From Vitrella brassicaformis CCMP3155 (taxonomy: Eukaryota; Protista; Chromerida): a stretch of DNA of 64,000 bases. Positions within the stretch are counted from its first letter, which is position 1. Each line of letters opens with the position of its first letter. Location: contig CDMY01000452.1 in NCBI GenBank assembly GCA_001179505.1, positions 1 to 64,000 of the forward strand. The letters are read 5' to 3'. This document shows, piece by piece, positions 48,243 through 62,200 of the stretch. A program made the translations under genes and the position numbers. The notes below the pieces were generated by a model. The model searched no databases. It had not been told where the DNA came from and saw nothing but the letters and a program-made list of their open reading frames with translations.

Positions 48243-50746
48243 GCCATCTCTCTCTAGGTGCATCTGTCTGTGACTCTCTGACATGAGTGTGAAGACGGGA
48301 AGGAAGCTGTGTTTGTTGGCTGCCAGAAAGGGGTCAATGGGTGGCCGCCCCGGCGCCTTCTTGAACATGCCCTCGCGCCGCTCACGCACGGCCGCCTTGT
48401 GCGCATCCGACGTGTCTGCAGAGCGCTCCCACATGGCCAGCAACTCGGCGTCCGACAGGTCCTCGGCGGCCCCGCTCTCATCACCACCACCACCAGCGGG
48501 ACTGCCGGCACTCAGGGGCTCGTTCAGCCATGAGGCGGATGGGGCGGCCAGGAGGTCGGATATGACGCGAGAGACCGCCGCTTGGAAGCCGTTGGCGGCC
48601 ACGCGGATCTCCTAAGTATCCACACACACACACACAGACAGACAGACAGAGAGAGGTGCCGATGAGGCCTGCAAGATTCTTACACTGTTCTCTCTGCTAA
48701 AGTCGGCAGCATTGAGGGATATCAGCTTCAAATCCAAACACAGAGACGGCCAGGTCTCGTACACACCAAACTCTACACGCGACTGCACCACAAACACACA
48801 TGAGTGTGTGTGTGTGTGTGTATGGCTATCAATCAGCACACACCTGTATGTGTGTGAGGTCCGGTGTGCGCGGGAAGCTGTCGTGGAATGCGGGCAGCGG
48901 GCACTTGACGCGAAAAGGGCGTGAGCAGGGCGACGCCAGCAGCCGATCCACCACCTTGCGCATCCACCACCTTGCGCATCAGCTCCCCGTGGGGCACAAC
49001 CGCACTGCAGCCACATCAGGTCAGTCAGTGGCAAGGCTGGCACCGTACCCATGTGTGTGCCTTCACCCACTCACCTCGCCATGCTGCACGCCGTGTATTC
49101 GTTTCGTCTGGATGAGTTCCAGAGGTCGATGAGCTCGCCCATGGACAGGTCGCCGCGCGTATCGACGGCATCCTCGTCGACATTGAGCACGGTCTTGCTG
49201 ACCCTATCAGCGTCTGGACCAAGCAGCTCCTCGTCTACCGGGTCAATGAGTGGCCGATGCCGGCGGACTAGGCGGATGGCGACGGCAGACAGCTCCGTGG
49301 CAGCCACGGAAACCTCCTGTGCGACCACGAGAGGAGAGGAGAGGAGAGGAGAGGGGAGGGGGGTGTGGGGCGGACATCATGGCGTGTGGTCCGTACCGAG
49401 CCCGGCCTGGTGAACCTGCTCGCATTTCTGGCCATCTCGATCACATAAATGGCCCACTGGATCCAGTGGTTGCAGGACTGATACACACACGTAAGGACAC
49501 GACAGCACGTGTCCGTCGGGTGGGTCTGGTGCCTCTCTCTTTCTCACCAGCTTCAGGAGCTCAGGGACCACCTTGTTTTCAAGCTCCTGGATGGAGGAGG
49601 GAGACCTCCCACTGCTTGAGCGTGGTAGATCGATGAGATAAGTGACAGCCTCGCTACAGATCCGGGCGTAGTCCGGGTGGGGACATGGCACGCGGAATGG
49701 GCGAGAGGAAGGGTGACGCCGCAGTGCGGCAGTGGCGGCCAGCATGTCATCCTTCAGCCGCTTCTCATCTGTTGACATTGCAGCTGCCGGCGACCTCGGC
49801 GTACTGCACACATGGACAGCAGCAGACGACATTATCGTGACGCTCGACTTGCCGCCTGTTGCCCTCCGCTCACCTGTTGGTGTCTGTGGGGCCCCTGGTA
49901 GTGGCGGCTCCGAGTTCCTTCTGCATTAGCTGCTGGCCTTTGCTGAGCTCACTGACGAAGTTCGTGTGCCACTGGGGCAGCCACTCGACACGCACATGCC
50001 GCAGCGGACCCAACGCAAACACCGCCGACGGATCACTGCACACACACAGAGCACATGACACCCGTACTACCCAGTGGCTGAGATGCCCATTCTGTTGGGT
50101 GACCTTTGCAGCGCTGTGCGGTGGTCCATGAAGAACTTCTTGACGGCCCGCAGGTAGGTCTCCCGCTCCTGGGCCCCATCGCACTCACTCGACTCGACAC
50201 AGCCGACACCCTCGCCCTCTCCCTGCCCTCTGTGCTGCTGCAGGAATGCCCGCACGACGGCCAGCGTCTCACTGGAGGGCTCTTTGTCGCCCTCTCTACC
50301 CGACGTGACGGTGGCGATGTCGGGGAAGGCCTCATGGATGGACTCGACTGAAACGGTGGGTGCGGCTGTGATGGGCGGGGTTGAAGGCTGAGGAGATCTC
50401 TGTTTGGGCTTGGGAGTGGCCGGCTTCGACTTGGGCGGCGACTTGGTCTTGTCCTTGTCGGTGAAGATGCCACGGAAGATGCTGCTGGGGACAGCAGGTG
50501 GGGAGTGAGAAGCGCTGGGGAAAGCCATGACCAACGGAGATGCATTGGGTTGAGATGATTCATTTGCTTCCTTCCTCTGTGCTCTTTTCCTTACTTTTCG
50601 CTCCTGAACCAGTCGAGCACAGAGAGAGAGCCCTGGTCCTGACCCTCTGGGTGTTGCTGTTGCTGCCCATCGTTCCCTTCTTCAGCAGAGGCCGGCTTGT
50701 TGCGCGAATCGTCACTCGTGGTGCTTGATCTTGGCTGATTTTCCAT
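46468..50746 (-). CDS. Bromodomain-like repeats + coiled coil + C-terminal RING-HC; frameshifted as assembled
   Basis: LRRHPSSRPFRVP..PDY and RNASRFTRPGS; LLASPCSRPFRVK..PDLTHIQSRVEFGVY..DLKLISLNAADF; RING CQLCLEKPPDIILLPCGHK/VVCQECF..CP. A 16-bp duplication at 48946-48977 breaks the frame. Confidence 0.65.
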
Positions 50747-50874
50747 ACCTGGGGTGTCCTTTGATAGAAGGAAGTGTCTGCCTGCAGAGATAATGAGTCG
50801 GGGCTTCGTAGCTCGCCTCCCCTCCGCCTTTTCAAGCTCGCACGAGGCGGAGGAGTTACCGGAAACGATCCGCG

Positions 50875-51674
50875 ATGCTTGTAGGTCTGCTGATATCTGC
50901 GCTTTCATCTTTCACTGCCATCCATCCGGCATCTTCGTCGGAGCTCTCTTGCCATCGACACGCAGTCACTGAGGCAAGCAGTCGCGCACACGTGATGAAT
51001 GGACACACAGCAGCAAACAGACAGACAGACACACAGGCAGGCAGCAACGCAGCAAAGGCAAGCCGCACATCTTGATCAATCCTCATCCGATGTCTGTCTG
51101 TCCGTCTGTCTGTCTGTATGTATGTGTGTCTGTGTTTTCTTTGTCTGCAGTTCCATCGTTTCATCCATCTCTCACCACTTCGTCGAAGGCCACTTCGGTC
51201 AACGCGAGAAGCCACAGACGATGTCCTTCATCCCGCAAGAAACACGGCCTTCCTTGCGCGACCAAGAATCCACCAAGTCGCCTCCCACCTCCTTCCCTCA
51301 TCACGGCGCGCAAGACGGCGGCAGAGCTCAACAAGGGAGCAGAGAAAGGCATGCTTGTGCCGCAACACGCGAAGGGACCCGGCTGCGTGTGAGGACGGGC
51401 AGGACAGGCGGCGGCTTACGCGCACGTCTGCTTCCAAGGGAGGGTCTGCTGCTGTCGCTGAGCCGCCTGCCGTCCCTCGTGAAGCCACTGGGGGCAAGAA
51501 GGACGTCAAGAGGGTGCTGATCGTGATGAGTGACACTGGTGGGGGGCACAAGGCGTCTGCCTTGGCGCTCAAGGACGCCTTGTGGGAGAACTACAATGAC
51601 AACGTCGATGTCAGAATCGGTACGTGTGTGGATGCGGGCAAGCGTGTGTGTGCACACAGGTCAGTAAATGTGTA

Positions 51675-51710
<36 letters not shown>

Positions 51711-52815
51711 TGACATCTGGACGGACTATGGTGTGTTTCCCTTCAACACATTCGTGCCCTCTTATCGCTTCATGTCGACCTACCCCATCACGTGGAAGCT
51801 CTTCTACGAGTGGACCAAATGGCCCAGCACTATCATGGGCGGGGAGGTGGTCGGACACGCCTTATGTGGCTCGCGCTTCCGGCAGCTGATTGAGTCCTAC
51901 AATCCCGACCTGATTGTCTCGGTGCATCCCCTGTGTCAGCACGTGATGCTGCGAGTCCTGCAAGACATCCGCCAGATGAGGAACCGAAACATCCCTTTCG
52001 TCACCGTCGTGACCGACCTGGGCGGCGCGCATCCATCATGGTTTCACCCTGGTGTGGATCTCTGCTTCGTCCCGTCGCAGCCTGTCCGCGAGATCGCCCT
52101 GCAGGAGGGCATTAAGCCCGACCAGATGCGGCAATACGGGCTGCCTATACGGCGGGGCTTCTGGCAGCAGGAGAAGCGGCCCAAAGGCGAGATACGGGAC
52201 AAGCTGGGGCTGACAAAGGGCGTCCCGACGTGCCTGGTGGTGGGCGGGGGAGAGGGGGTGGGCGGTCTCGACAAAGTGGTGGATGCTCTGGTGGCGTGTC
52301 TGGGCACCAAGCCTTTCGACAGCGAGGTGGTCGCCATCTGTGGCAAGAACGGGGCTCTCAGGAGGAGGCTCGAGCGCAAGTACTGTGACGACGCCGCAAA
52401 CGCCAACAACGGCTACCCGAGAATGCGGCCCAGAAACGTGTCTGTGAAGCCTCACGGCTTCGTGACCAACATGGAGGACTTCATGGCTGCGGCGGACTGC
52501 ATTGTCACCAAAGCCGGCCCCGGAACCATTGCAGAGTCGGCCATCCGGGGGCTGCCCATCATGCTGTCGTCCTACCTGCCTGGCCAGGAGGAGCCGAACG
52601 TGCCCTATGTGATCGATCGCGGGTTTGGCGACTACTCGTCGGTGCCGTCGCAGATAGCGCGTCGAGTGGCGTCGTGGCTGGAGGACCCCAAGAAGCTCCA
52701 AGACATGTCGGGGAAGGCGGTGGCGTCGTCGCGGCCGTCGGCCACGATAGACATAGCGACCGAGTTGGGGGAGATCCTCGCCTTGAATAAGAGAGAGAGG
52801 AAGAGGCAAAGCTGA
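50875..52815 (+). CDS. MGD1: Monogalactosyldiacylglycerol synthase (GT28) with bipartite plastid-targeting-like leader
   Basis: Exons 50875-50991, 51151-51619, 51710-52815. Signal MLVGLLISALSSFTA then an R/S-rich transit-like region; SDTGGGHKASA, VSVHPLCQH, TVVTDLG, TKAGPGTIAE, GQEEPNV motifs. Confidence 0.93.
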
Positions 52816-53515
52816 CGCGGGGAGGCGGGAGAATGGGTGGCCGGGCGGAGTGCTGTTGCTCTATGAGTGTGTGTACATACAGTATATATGGGAAGGAGAG
52901 GTTTTTCAGTCAGATGTGCTCTCATGCTGTCGTGTGACGCGTGTGGTGTAAGTAGATTGATTGGCTAAGCAAGCGGGGTGTGTAGATGCCTGTGGACGGA
53001 CGCCTTTTTGGGTGTATCGTTGGCAAAATGACGGTATGCATGATTTTTCACCCATCGCTCAGCAGGCAGCATCAGTCAGCCTCGGTCGCTATGCACGTGC
53101 GATTCCGGCGATAGGGAGGGAGTGTGTGATCGCCTGTGTGCGCTTTAGCATGTCTGCTGGGACGTATTGATGTTGCCAGTTGTCAGGTGGCAGCACAGAC
53201 GCATCGCAGGCAGACATGCAGACGCCCACATGGACGCATCCACGGTTTTGCTCCATGCGTGTCAGAGACGTGGCCCGATAATTTTTGTACTACCCCTCAC
53301 TTGCAAGATAGGCACATATATGCAACAGGATAACAGCGCAGTGGCAGCAATGCAAATGCACTCACCCAACACACCCTGTCTGTATGCCGCCCACCGGCAG
53401 ATAGCAAAGCGTCAGCCAAATGATATATAGATACCCCACCAAAACGAAAGCAAGCAATCAAGAGCAGAAGATGACGGTCCTCAAAGGCGTCGAGCAAAAA
53501 ACCAGCAAGACAAAC

Positions 53516-56500
53516 TCATCCCGCCATCGACTGCCGTGCGCCCCTCGAGTGTTTTCGTGGCGACACGACAGCGGGCGGCATAGGCACTGGCGGCAGCACC
53601 TTCCCGGCCTTCTGAAGGCTGGCCAGGGGTGTCTCGCCCCACATGTCAGCGGCACTCGCAGGCTGTGGCTCCCCCTCTTGTCTCAGTTTTTCCTTGTAGT
53701 GTGGGAATCTCGCCAGCTGGATCTCGTTGCCGGAGCGTTTCGTCTGCGCCATCCGGAGAATGCATCGCCGACCATGTGTATGCGTGTGATTGTCTGAGTC
53801 TGTTCATTGCTCACCTCGCCGATTTGTTGGAAGATACTCGTCGCCTGTGGTGCATAACGTGCAAATGGATGACAGAAGAGACGGTGAATCCCATGTGTTT
53901 TTCAGCACACCCTACCCCACATCCACTCACCCGCGCTTGTCTCGGCGGCGTCAACCTCGAGCTTCCAGCTTCCTGACGACAAATAGGGAGCTCATCCCTA
54001 CAACGAAGTATCTCTTGTGTCACCCACCCACCGGGGCAGCAGCGGGCGGCGCTTGTGAGGGAGACACCGACCTCTCAGACGGCGTCTGGACGGCGGACGG
54101 GCCCGCCCTCGATCCCACACGCTGGTCGCTCGGTGGCGTGCGCGACGGCTCTCTCGGTGGCTGCTGCTCGAGTGACGACGGCGCGAAGCCGTTCGCTCCC
54201 ACTGCTGGACGGTCCGAATGAGAAAGAACAGGCACGAAGCCACCCTCTGTGACACGACAGAGGCTTTGAGACACACACGTTGACGCCTGTACGTTCTGTG
54301 CCTCTTTCTATATACCTTTGCTGGGTGTGACTGGTCGGGAGCTCTTGGTCGAGAGCTGGCGGGAGAGGTGGTGCAGCTCTGACTCGGCCTGGCAGAGGAA
54401 AGAGCGCACCTGTCAAGTGCCTCCTTGCTGACTTGTTGCTACGGCTGACTGACTGACCCTTCTGCGTGCGTTGCTGGTGTCGCTGAACTGCACCAGGACC
54501 TGACGCAGCTGACCCTGCATCCGACTGAACTCGGCATGGACATTTGCGCATTAGAACATAAGTGCATGCCCGCACACGCACATGGCCAGTCTTGCGTACC
54601 CGTATTCATCTCTCTTTTCGTCCATGTCTGTCCGCAGGTTGGCCAGCTCGTCAGCCACGGGCCCCTTGAGGTGGGCGACCTCTCGTCTGAGGACCTCGAT
54701 GTCTTGCTCAAGGAAGCTGCCCCATACACACACACAGGGAGAGAGAGACTCCATGTGGGTGTGCGTGTGAGGTCTCTCTGAGTGCCGACCTGTGTTTGCC
54801 GGTGACTTGTGCCTTGACGGCTTCCAGCTCCCGGGCAAATGCGTCGTTTCTCTCGTCTGCTGATGTCGATCTGGTGTCGATTTGCTTCTGCAGCTGGGCT
54901 AGACGGCGCTTCATGAACTCAGTGGCCTGGTGGATGAGACACGGGAGCTTTGCTCTTGCAATGTCTCCATGAATCAAAGTCCGTGCTGTAGATATGCATA
55001 CCTCTTGTATGGCCTCCATTGCCGTCTGTCGCTTGGAACTCTCGGCCGCAAACTCCTCCATCTGGGCTGCACGCACAGGGGAACAGACCACATCCATGCA
55101 GATCCACGGAGGTGCCCAATTGCGTTGCTGGCTCACCGACTGACGTCTCGCTGATTTCTGAGACCTTGTCACGCATGATCGACAGCTGAGAGTCGTGGTC
55201 CTCCGACTTGCGCTCAAGACACTGAACCACACAACACACCGACCCTGTTTGTCCGCGCGTCTATCGTGATAAGAAGATGCCTTTGCTTGCCTCTATCCGT
55301 TGCGCCAGCTGGTTCACTTGCGCCTGCGTGTCTCCCAGCCTCCTGTCGACGCCCTTGATCGCGTCATGCAGCGCACTGCAAACACAAGCAACCAATCACG
55401 GATCCTCTTGCCGTGTGTGTGTGTGTGTGTGTGTGCATCTACATTTCTTCCCGTCCCATCTGTGTCCGTATTTACTGTATGTCCATGGCCATTGTCTCCA
55501 CCAGGTGCTCCAAGTGTGTCAGCCGATCGATGACCGTGTGGGGCTTTCCGTGGCTCACACGCGTCACACGCGACTCGCGCTGCGACGGCAGCTTGGTGCC
55601 ACGATGGTGGGCTCCCTTGGCCACCAGCAGCGCCCGTCTCGACCGCGGTGGATGCGGTTGAAGCAGGGAGGATGATGGGGGGCCTTGTGGGGACGACAGT
55701 GGGGGCGGTGTGGATATGGAGAGGGGAGTGGACGATGGGAGCGGTGTAGAGATGGTGTGGTGGCGGATGTCCTGGCCGCCAGTGCGTCGCGGGAGCAGGG
55801 TGGAGGTGGTGTCTTGGACGTCGTGCAGGAGCCTTCGTGCGGTGTCTTCGTCGATCCCAAGTAGCTCCCACATGACCCGCTGAGCCTTGGTGTTGTTGTC
55901 AAACTGCTCCTGGACGCGTTTGCTTTCCTCGGCCATCTTACGCAGCAGCTCTGACGCACACGTGCATGCGTCTCCGTGTACTTCTACACTTGTATGTGTG
56001 TGTCTCCCTTTGTTTGTGCGTGCGTACCTTCCTTCATTGAGTCGATGATGACTGAGTGGAGAGAGCCCGTCTTGTCGACAGACGATAGCAGCCGCTCCAT
56101 GTCCGTCTTCAGAGACACGATCTCCGTGTGGTCCACCTGATCGTACAAAGCAAGCTTCGCATCGGTCCGCTGTCAATGTTCTTTTCTTGCCTTTGATCTC
56201 AGAGCAAGGTCGACGGCGACCACGTCAGCCTGCATACACGTAGACAAACCTGAACATATAAATCTTTGAGGCCCCAATGCTTCCACCCACCTTTTTGCTG
56301 AGCTCCAAATCGAGGCTATCGCGTCTCCCGCTGAACACTGTCGTAGCGGCCTGCATGGGCAATGCACACCACCGACAAACGAAGGGATAGATGTTCGTCT
56401 GTGTCCTCTGCAGCGAGACCCCAATTTCCCCACCGTTTCAATCATGGTTCTCATTTTCTGCACATCTTTGGCCAGGTCCTGCGAGTCCCTGCTTCTTGTG

Positions 56501-57078
56501 TGCCCTGCCAGGCGCCCCTCGATCCCCTTGACGGCCGTCAGGGGGGCATAGGTGGTCTTGCAGGTCTCGTCGAAGCCCTCCAGCTTGACCTCCATGCGGC
56601 CCTCGATGTCCATCTTGAGCTGTGTGAGCCACGTCCGGACGACATCGGCGTAGGCCATGCTGCCCAGCTCCCTCTCGAGTGTGTGCAGCACCTTCTGCTG
56701 ACGCCGGCAGATGTCATACAGCTCACTCGACTGACAGGGAAAAGATAAGTGGGCTTGATGACAAGGATGTGGTGTCCTTCCTGTACTCTTTAATGACTGA
56801 CCTCTTTTTCGAGTTTGTTGATTCGGTCGTTGATCATTATGCTGTCGATAATGCGTGTCGGAGCACGGTTTGTGACGATCCCAGCCATGATGGTGCGTGA
56901 TTGTTGCAGTGACAGAGCAACAGTGTTGCAATGTCGGTGTCGGAAAGCTCTTCTGTGAAGCCAATCGGGTTGCCCTTGCTCCCACGGAGAGAAGACCTCT
57001 TCGGACCGGAGATTTCAAATCGGGGGGAAGAGCTGACCGATGGGCCCCGAAACGATCGCGGCCACTTCGCGGCCCCAA
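53516..57078 (-). CDS. Hypothetical long coiled-coil protein, multi-exon
   Basis: Several heptad-rich exons (RQQKVLHTLERELG; MAEESKRVQEQFD; EQDIEVLRREVAHLK) with GT/AG; termini uncertain. Confidence 0.55.
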
Positions 57079-58409
57079 AAGAAGGCAGAGAAGGTGGCGA
57101 AAAATCCCGTCATGGCTGGACCTTTGAAGGTCGCGTGGGTGAACGGGGATCTCGTTACATCGTCGAGACTTCTCAAGAGGATCTTCTGCTGCTGTCCGAG
57201 AAGCCTGCGGCGTGCGAACGTGCGTGCGAGAAGGGAGCGGTTGCTTGGTGGGACTAAGCGAATCCCATCAGTCAGGCGTCATCAGAGGACAGCTCAAGGA
57301 GCAGGACGGCCCATTGAGAACGTCTGTGTTACACTGTATTGGAATCTCTCTCTCCGTCTTCAGCCTCGTAGCTGGTGTGTCGGGAGTCGCACATGCTGCT
57401 GCGGGAGTCAGCGCTGCGGTGCAAAAGTTTCGCACGCCACAGCCGCCGCAGACACAGGTAACTGAATCGAGGAGTGGGTGCGATAAGCCAATGGGTGATC
57501 TCACGTGTGCCTATTGACTGTAATTTTTCAGGACACAGGAGTACAAGTCCCACCTCGGTAGACATCGACCTTGTCGGTTCTGTCCATGTTCCAAGCGATA
57601 GAGAATCAAGTCACTTCGGTTCGGACAGAAAGGCAATCAGCGGTGCTGCCCTGGTGAGTAGGTGATTTGTACCGAGTAGGCAGCGCGTGATGGACGTCTT
57701 CATGTCGCATATTAGCAGCCTGTCTGATGTGAAAAGATCCCTTCTGCACTAATATGCGATGAAAGACGTCGACTTAAATTGGTGCCGGCCGTTGTTGTCT
57801 TGTTGAATGACAGATGTGTGCCGCTCAGATCTCGTCGTTTCGCTATCACATGCATACATATCCGTATTGATCCGCACACCGCTGCAAGATCGCATCATCT
57901 CACCTACACATACCCACGCTCTCACACGTACGTATACATCCCCGCACACGACGGACCAACAAACTCTCGCGTGTGCTCACACGCACACTCGTGTAGACAC
58001 TCGTACTCACGAGTCACGACACCTTCACTTCGCGCACACACGCCCAACACGCCCACTCATTAACGCTCAGTGGATCACCGGGTGCATCAAGTTGGTAGTC
58101 GTCACAAACCCGACCATAGAACGGCCAACCAACAACCGACATGGATGCAGGGACACACAGGTACGCATTGGCAACACAGACGGACAGGCTGACAGACAGA
58201 ATCAGGGCTTCTCTATGGTGTTGCGGGAAAAAGCCAGACGTTCCACCGTGAGTGACCCTCTCGGTCAGTACTACGTGTGTGTAATTTCACTCATACTAGG
58301 TCCACTGAGCAGGTCCGGACAGTACGTACGTCCACATACGTGGCTGCAGCCATCCAACTGGCTGCATACGTCCACGTGCAGACCAACTGACGACGGACAG
58401 ACATCACAG

Positions 58410-58440
<31 letters not shown>

Positions 58441-59239
58441 CGACTAGGGTAGCAATAGGTGCGTATGCCGTGTACCACTTGAACACACATGGTACCCGGC
58501 CTCCATGAAGTGAACCGTACGCTACGTACATCCGGTGCCGACGACACTGCCGCATGGCCGTAGCCATCCACCCGAGCACCCAAATGAAAAAAACAACACA
58601 CTCAGATGAAGCACCATCATGACCATTCCTCCGTGCAGCAGCAAGGCAGGCGGTTGCCATGCAGGGAGAGAGGGAGGGAGGGAAAGACGATCGACTGCTG
58701 ATAGACAGGCAAGACACCCGAACAACACATCAAAAGGCAAGAGCAATACACTGCAGACGACAAGGCACAAGGGCACACACAGGTCAGGCGGACAGCCAAA
58801 CCACTCATCCCTTTAAGCTTAGGACAGACAGCCGCACGACAAGGACGAGACTGCAAGTAGACGGCCATACAGGACGAAGGCATCCGGGCGGAAAGGCAAA
58901 CAAACCATTCGTTCCCGTAAGCCTTCTCACTCACAAGACAGACAGACAGACAGACAGCCGCACACGACAAAGACACGACAAGAGCTGCATTCACTGCACT
59001 ACACCAACAGACACTCACACTCACTGCGCTGAGACGGGCACCCAGGCAGGGCATAAAAATCGCCATCCATCGTGAAGACTCTCACACTTGCTGTGCTCCC
59101 ACCCACCATGACAGTGAAACGGTATCACACACCGAACGAAGCGCTCACGCCAGGCATGAAACATGGACCGTCCCACATCCATCCAAGTGTGACACGCAAC
59201 AGATAGAGACAGACAGACAGACAGACAGGGGGACTACCG

Positions 59240-62200
59240 TCACACAGCACTCCTGCGCATGCACTTGCCCCGCACGAACCGCACCAGCACCCCTCCAATG
59301 TTGGTGCCCGCCAACAGGATGGCCGCGAGGGTGACGGGGGGAACCACATCGGCCAGTCCGCCGAAACTGCTGCTCAGAAACACCGTCAGAAGCTGATCGG
59401 CGAGCAACACAGGATACCACCAGATGCAGCCATTCAGAGGGAGACGGGGAGGTGGGTGTCTTGTTTTGATGGACGCACCTGGAATATGAGCATGGGCACG
59501 TACCCCACCAGGGCCAGCATCTCCAGGTCTAGAAAGGCCTCACTCTTGACGGCGATTCCGAAGAAGGGCAGGTGCCGAAAATGACTCCAACACCTGACAG
59601 ACAGACAGAGGTGCACACACGTGTGATAATCCGCCCAACGGACTGAGTCATCGATCTGTGAGCATACATACATGTGCAGGACACCGATCGAGAAGAAGCT
59701 GCTGAAGAGGACAAACACCAGCCCCGCCCCAGTGCCGCCGAACTCATGCTCATCCCGTTCCTCTTCAATGGTCGCCAAACGCACCACAGCATGCTCGCTG
59801 CTCTGCTCCGACTTGGTCGTGTCAGTGGAACCCTCCTTCTTGATGGCCAGCAGATCCACCAGGACAGTGGCGGGGCAGGACTCTGACGGCCGAGGCATCT
59901 TGCCGATGTGCACAGGCAGAGTGGTCTCCACCACCTCATCCGGCAGGTCCATGTCGCCATTGTGGGCAGCGTGGTGATTGCCGAAGACGGCCTCGGACGA
60001 GAGGGCACTAAAGGCGAATGACGGGCAGTACGACACCAGGGTATCGTCGCTGAACGTGGCCGGCGGGTGCTGGTTCTGGTGGACTGCCTCAGGTGCAGCA
60101 TGAAGAACAGCCAATGTGGCTGATTTCTTGAGTGGTTGGGCGGGCTGGACGGCCGGCTGCTCTGCTTGCTCACACGTGGCGTCTGCGGGCTTGGCACTCT
60201 TATCCTTGGGTGGCTCGCGCTTTTTTCTTCGGAAGGTGAGGGCATACGACTCGTGGCGCGTCACCTAAGGCCCATCCACACAAGCGATAGCAACACCCCT
60301 GATCATGTATGTCTTCAGACTCGGCCACTCACCCATTTCAAGTTGTACAAGACGACAGTGATCTCGTTGAAGAAAACCATCGCCAGAAGATGGGCGCAAG
60401 CGGCCCAGAATATGACGCCCCTGTAGTCGATGCGGAACAGATACCCCACAAACACAACTGAGACAGACAGACACACACACAGAGAGAGAGAGAGAGAGCA
60501 GCCGCCATTCGCCATTTGGCCATCCATCCGCTTTTCTTCAGTGCGCCAACTGACCATGAGTGACTGTGCCGAGCCCGGCGACCACCGCCACGACCACTCG
60601 CCACACGACCGTGTTGGGGTACTGCTTCTTGCTACGCCGAGTGTAGGCGAACGCCGCGAAGACCAGACCACACACAGCCGCGAGATACGCAAACACCCAG
60701 GGGCTCAGCTGTGTGTCATTTGGATACATCATACACAAGACGATCGGTCTCGAGCGTCCTGCCTGCCTGCCTGCCTGCCTGCGGCCATGGACCATACCAT
60801 CGCAGGGCAGCTCTGTCCGTAGGGCATCGACAGGCCGGGGATCTTCAGGAGGAGCAGAGAGAGCGATGAATACTTAGCTCGATAGTGATCCAAATTGCAT
60901 GCATAGCCCTGATCTGAGCGCACACACAGACATACAGACAGACATGGATCGTCCGTCTGCTCGCCTTATCTCGATGAGTCTGTGCGTGTGTGTATTCTAC
61001 CGATGAGTGTGGCTGGACACAGCCGGGGACCAGACACCACAATGGGCTCCACCTGCATCAGAATGCGAGACGCGTTTCATCTGTCCTTCCATGCATTCAG
61101 AACCATGGTGTCCGTCCGCTTGCCTGGTCAAGTCGCCACTCGGTGACATATTTCCACAACAGGCACTTGTGCTTCGTCGACGAGAAAGCCTCGCACTCGG
61201 GCTCCTCAACACACTGCACTCACATCCATCCATCCATCCATGCAGCAGTCTATGAGCAGCCGCGTGCATTCATTCGTGCGCGTCTGTCCGCACCAGATCT
61301 TGGCACTGAGATGGCGCATACGCCCTCCTGAGCACACACATGGGCAACGGAACAGCAAGGCGCAAAGGAATGGAGCTACTCGCTGCGGTCCATCTATCTA
61401 TGTGTGTATAGCGCTTACACATCGAGGTCCGTTATCAGTGTGCTGCCGGGGGCCGGTTGGACACCCGCGTGATAGCACCCACAGTTGGTAAGCGTGCCGG
61501 CCTCCTCGAGCTCAAGGGGCCGCACCGGGTAGTTGAGGGCCACGAGGAGAAATGGTGGGATGCCCAGGTCCCCCCGCTGGTATGACCTCTCCTCCTTGGT
61601 GCCCTTCTTGCCTGCTGCGAGAGAGTCCGGACCGAGGGGCAGCCCGAAGTAGAGTGAAGGGTCGGCGGGCTGCAGGTGGACGCCGTCCTCAGTCAGAGGG
61701 GGCAGCGGTGGAGGGGGCCACGGCATGCCCTGTGGGGGGCCGCAGTCACGCGACTCCACCTGCATGGATGGACAGGCAGACAGACATATGGGGGGTCGGC
61801 TGACACGCCAGGCATGAAATCGCTTCTCATGCACTTACCCAGCCCATGATAGCCCCGGGTCTGCATATCTTGCGATCCTTTTGGCCGCAGAAATAGCAAA
61901 CTCCTCTGACGATTTTCTCGTCTCGAGGGTATCGATCCAGCCACAGAAACGCGCGGCATCCCGGGATTTCACGGCAAAGGTCATGGCACTGCTCTGTCGT
62001 GACGTTCTCGACCCCCTGCCGATGATGGTGACGCGAGGTGGGATAGAGGCACGCCATCTGACACACACATACACACGCGATGACTGGCACTTTGACGCAT
62101 GGTCGTGTCATCCTTTGTGTTTGTCCTCACGCACATTGTACTCGTAGCATGGTGACACGAGGGAGCCTGACAACCACACACACAGACGCAGCGAGTCCAC

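Noticed and set aside
29505-52815. Glycan 'gene cluster' (UAA, GT64, GH3, MGD1)
   Set aside because: The products go to different compartments (Golgi, secreted, plastid) and are interspersed with unrelated genes; no evidence of a co-regulated cluster.
57750-58720. Splice-like signals and a 233-aa ORF in a gene-poor stretch
   Set aside because: No coherent exon chain or recognisable product; could be UTR or lncRNA but unsupported without RNA data.
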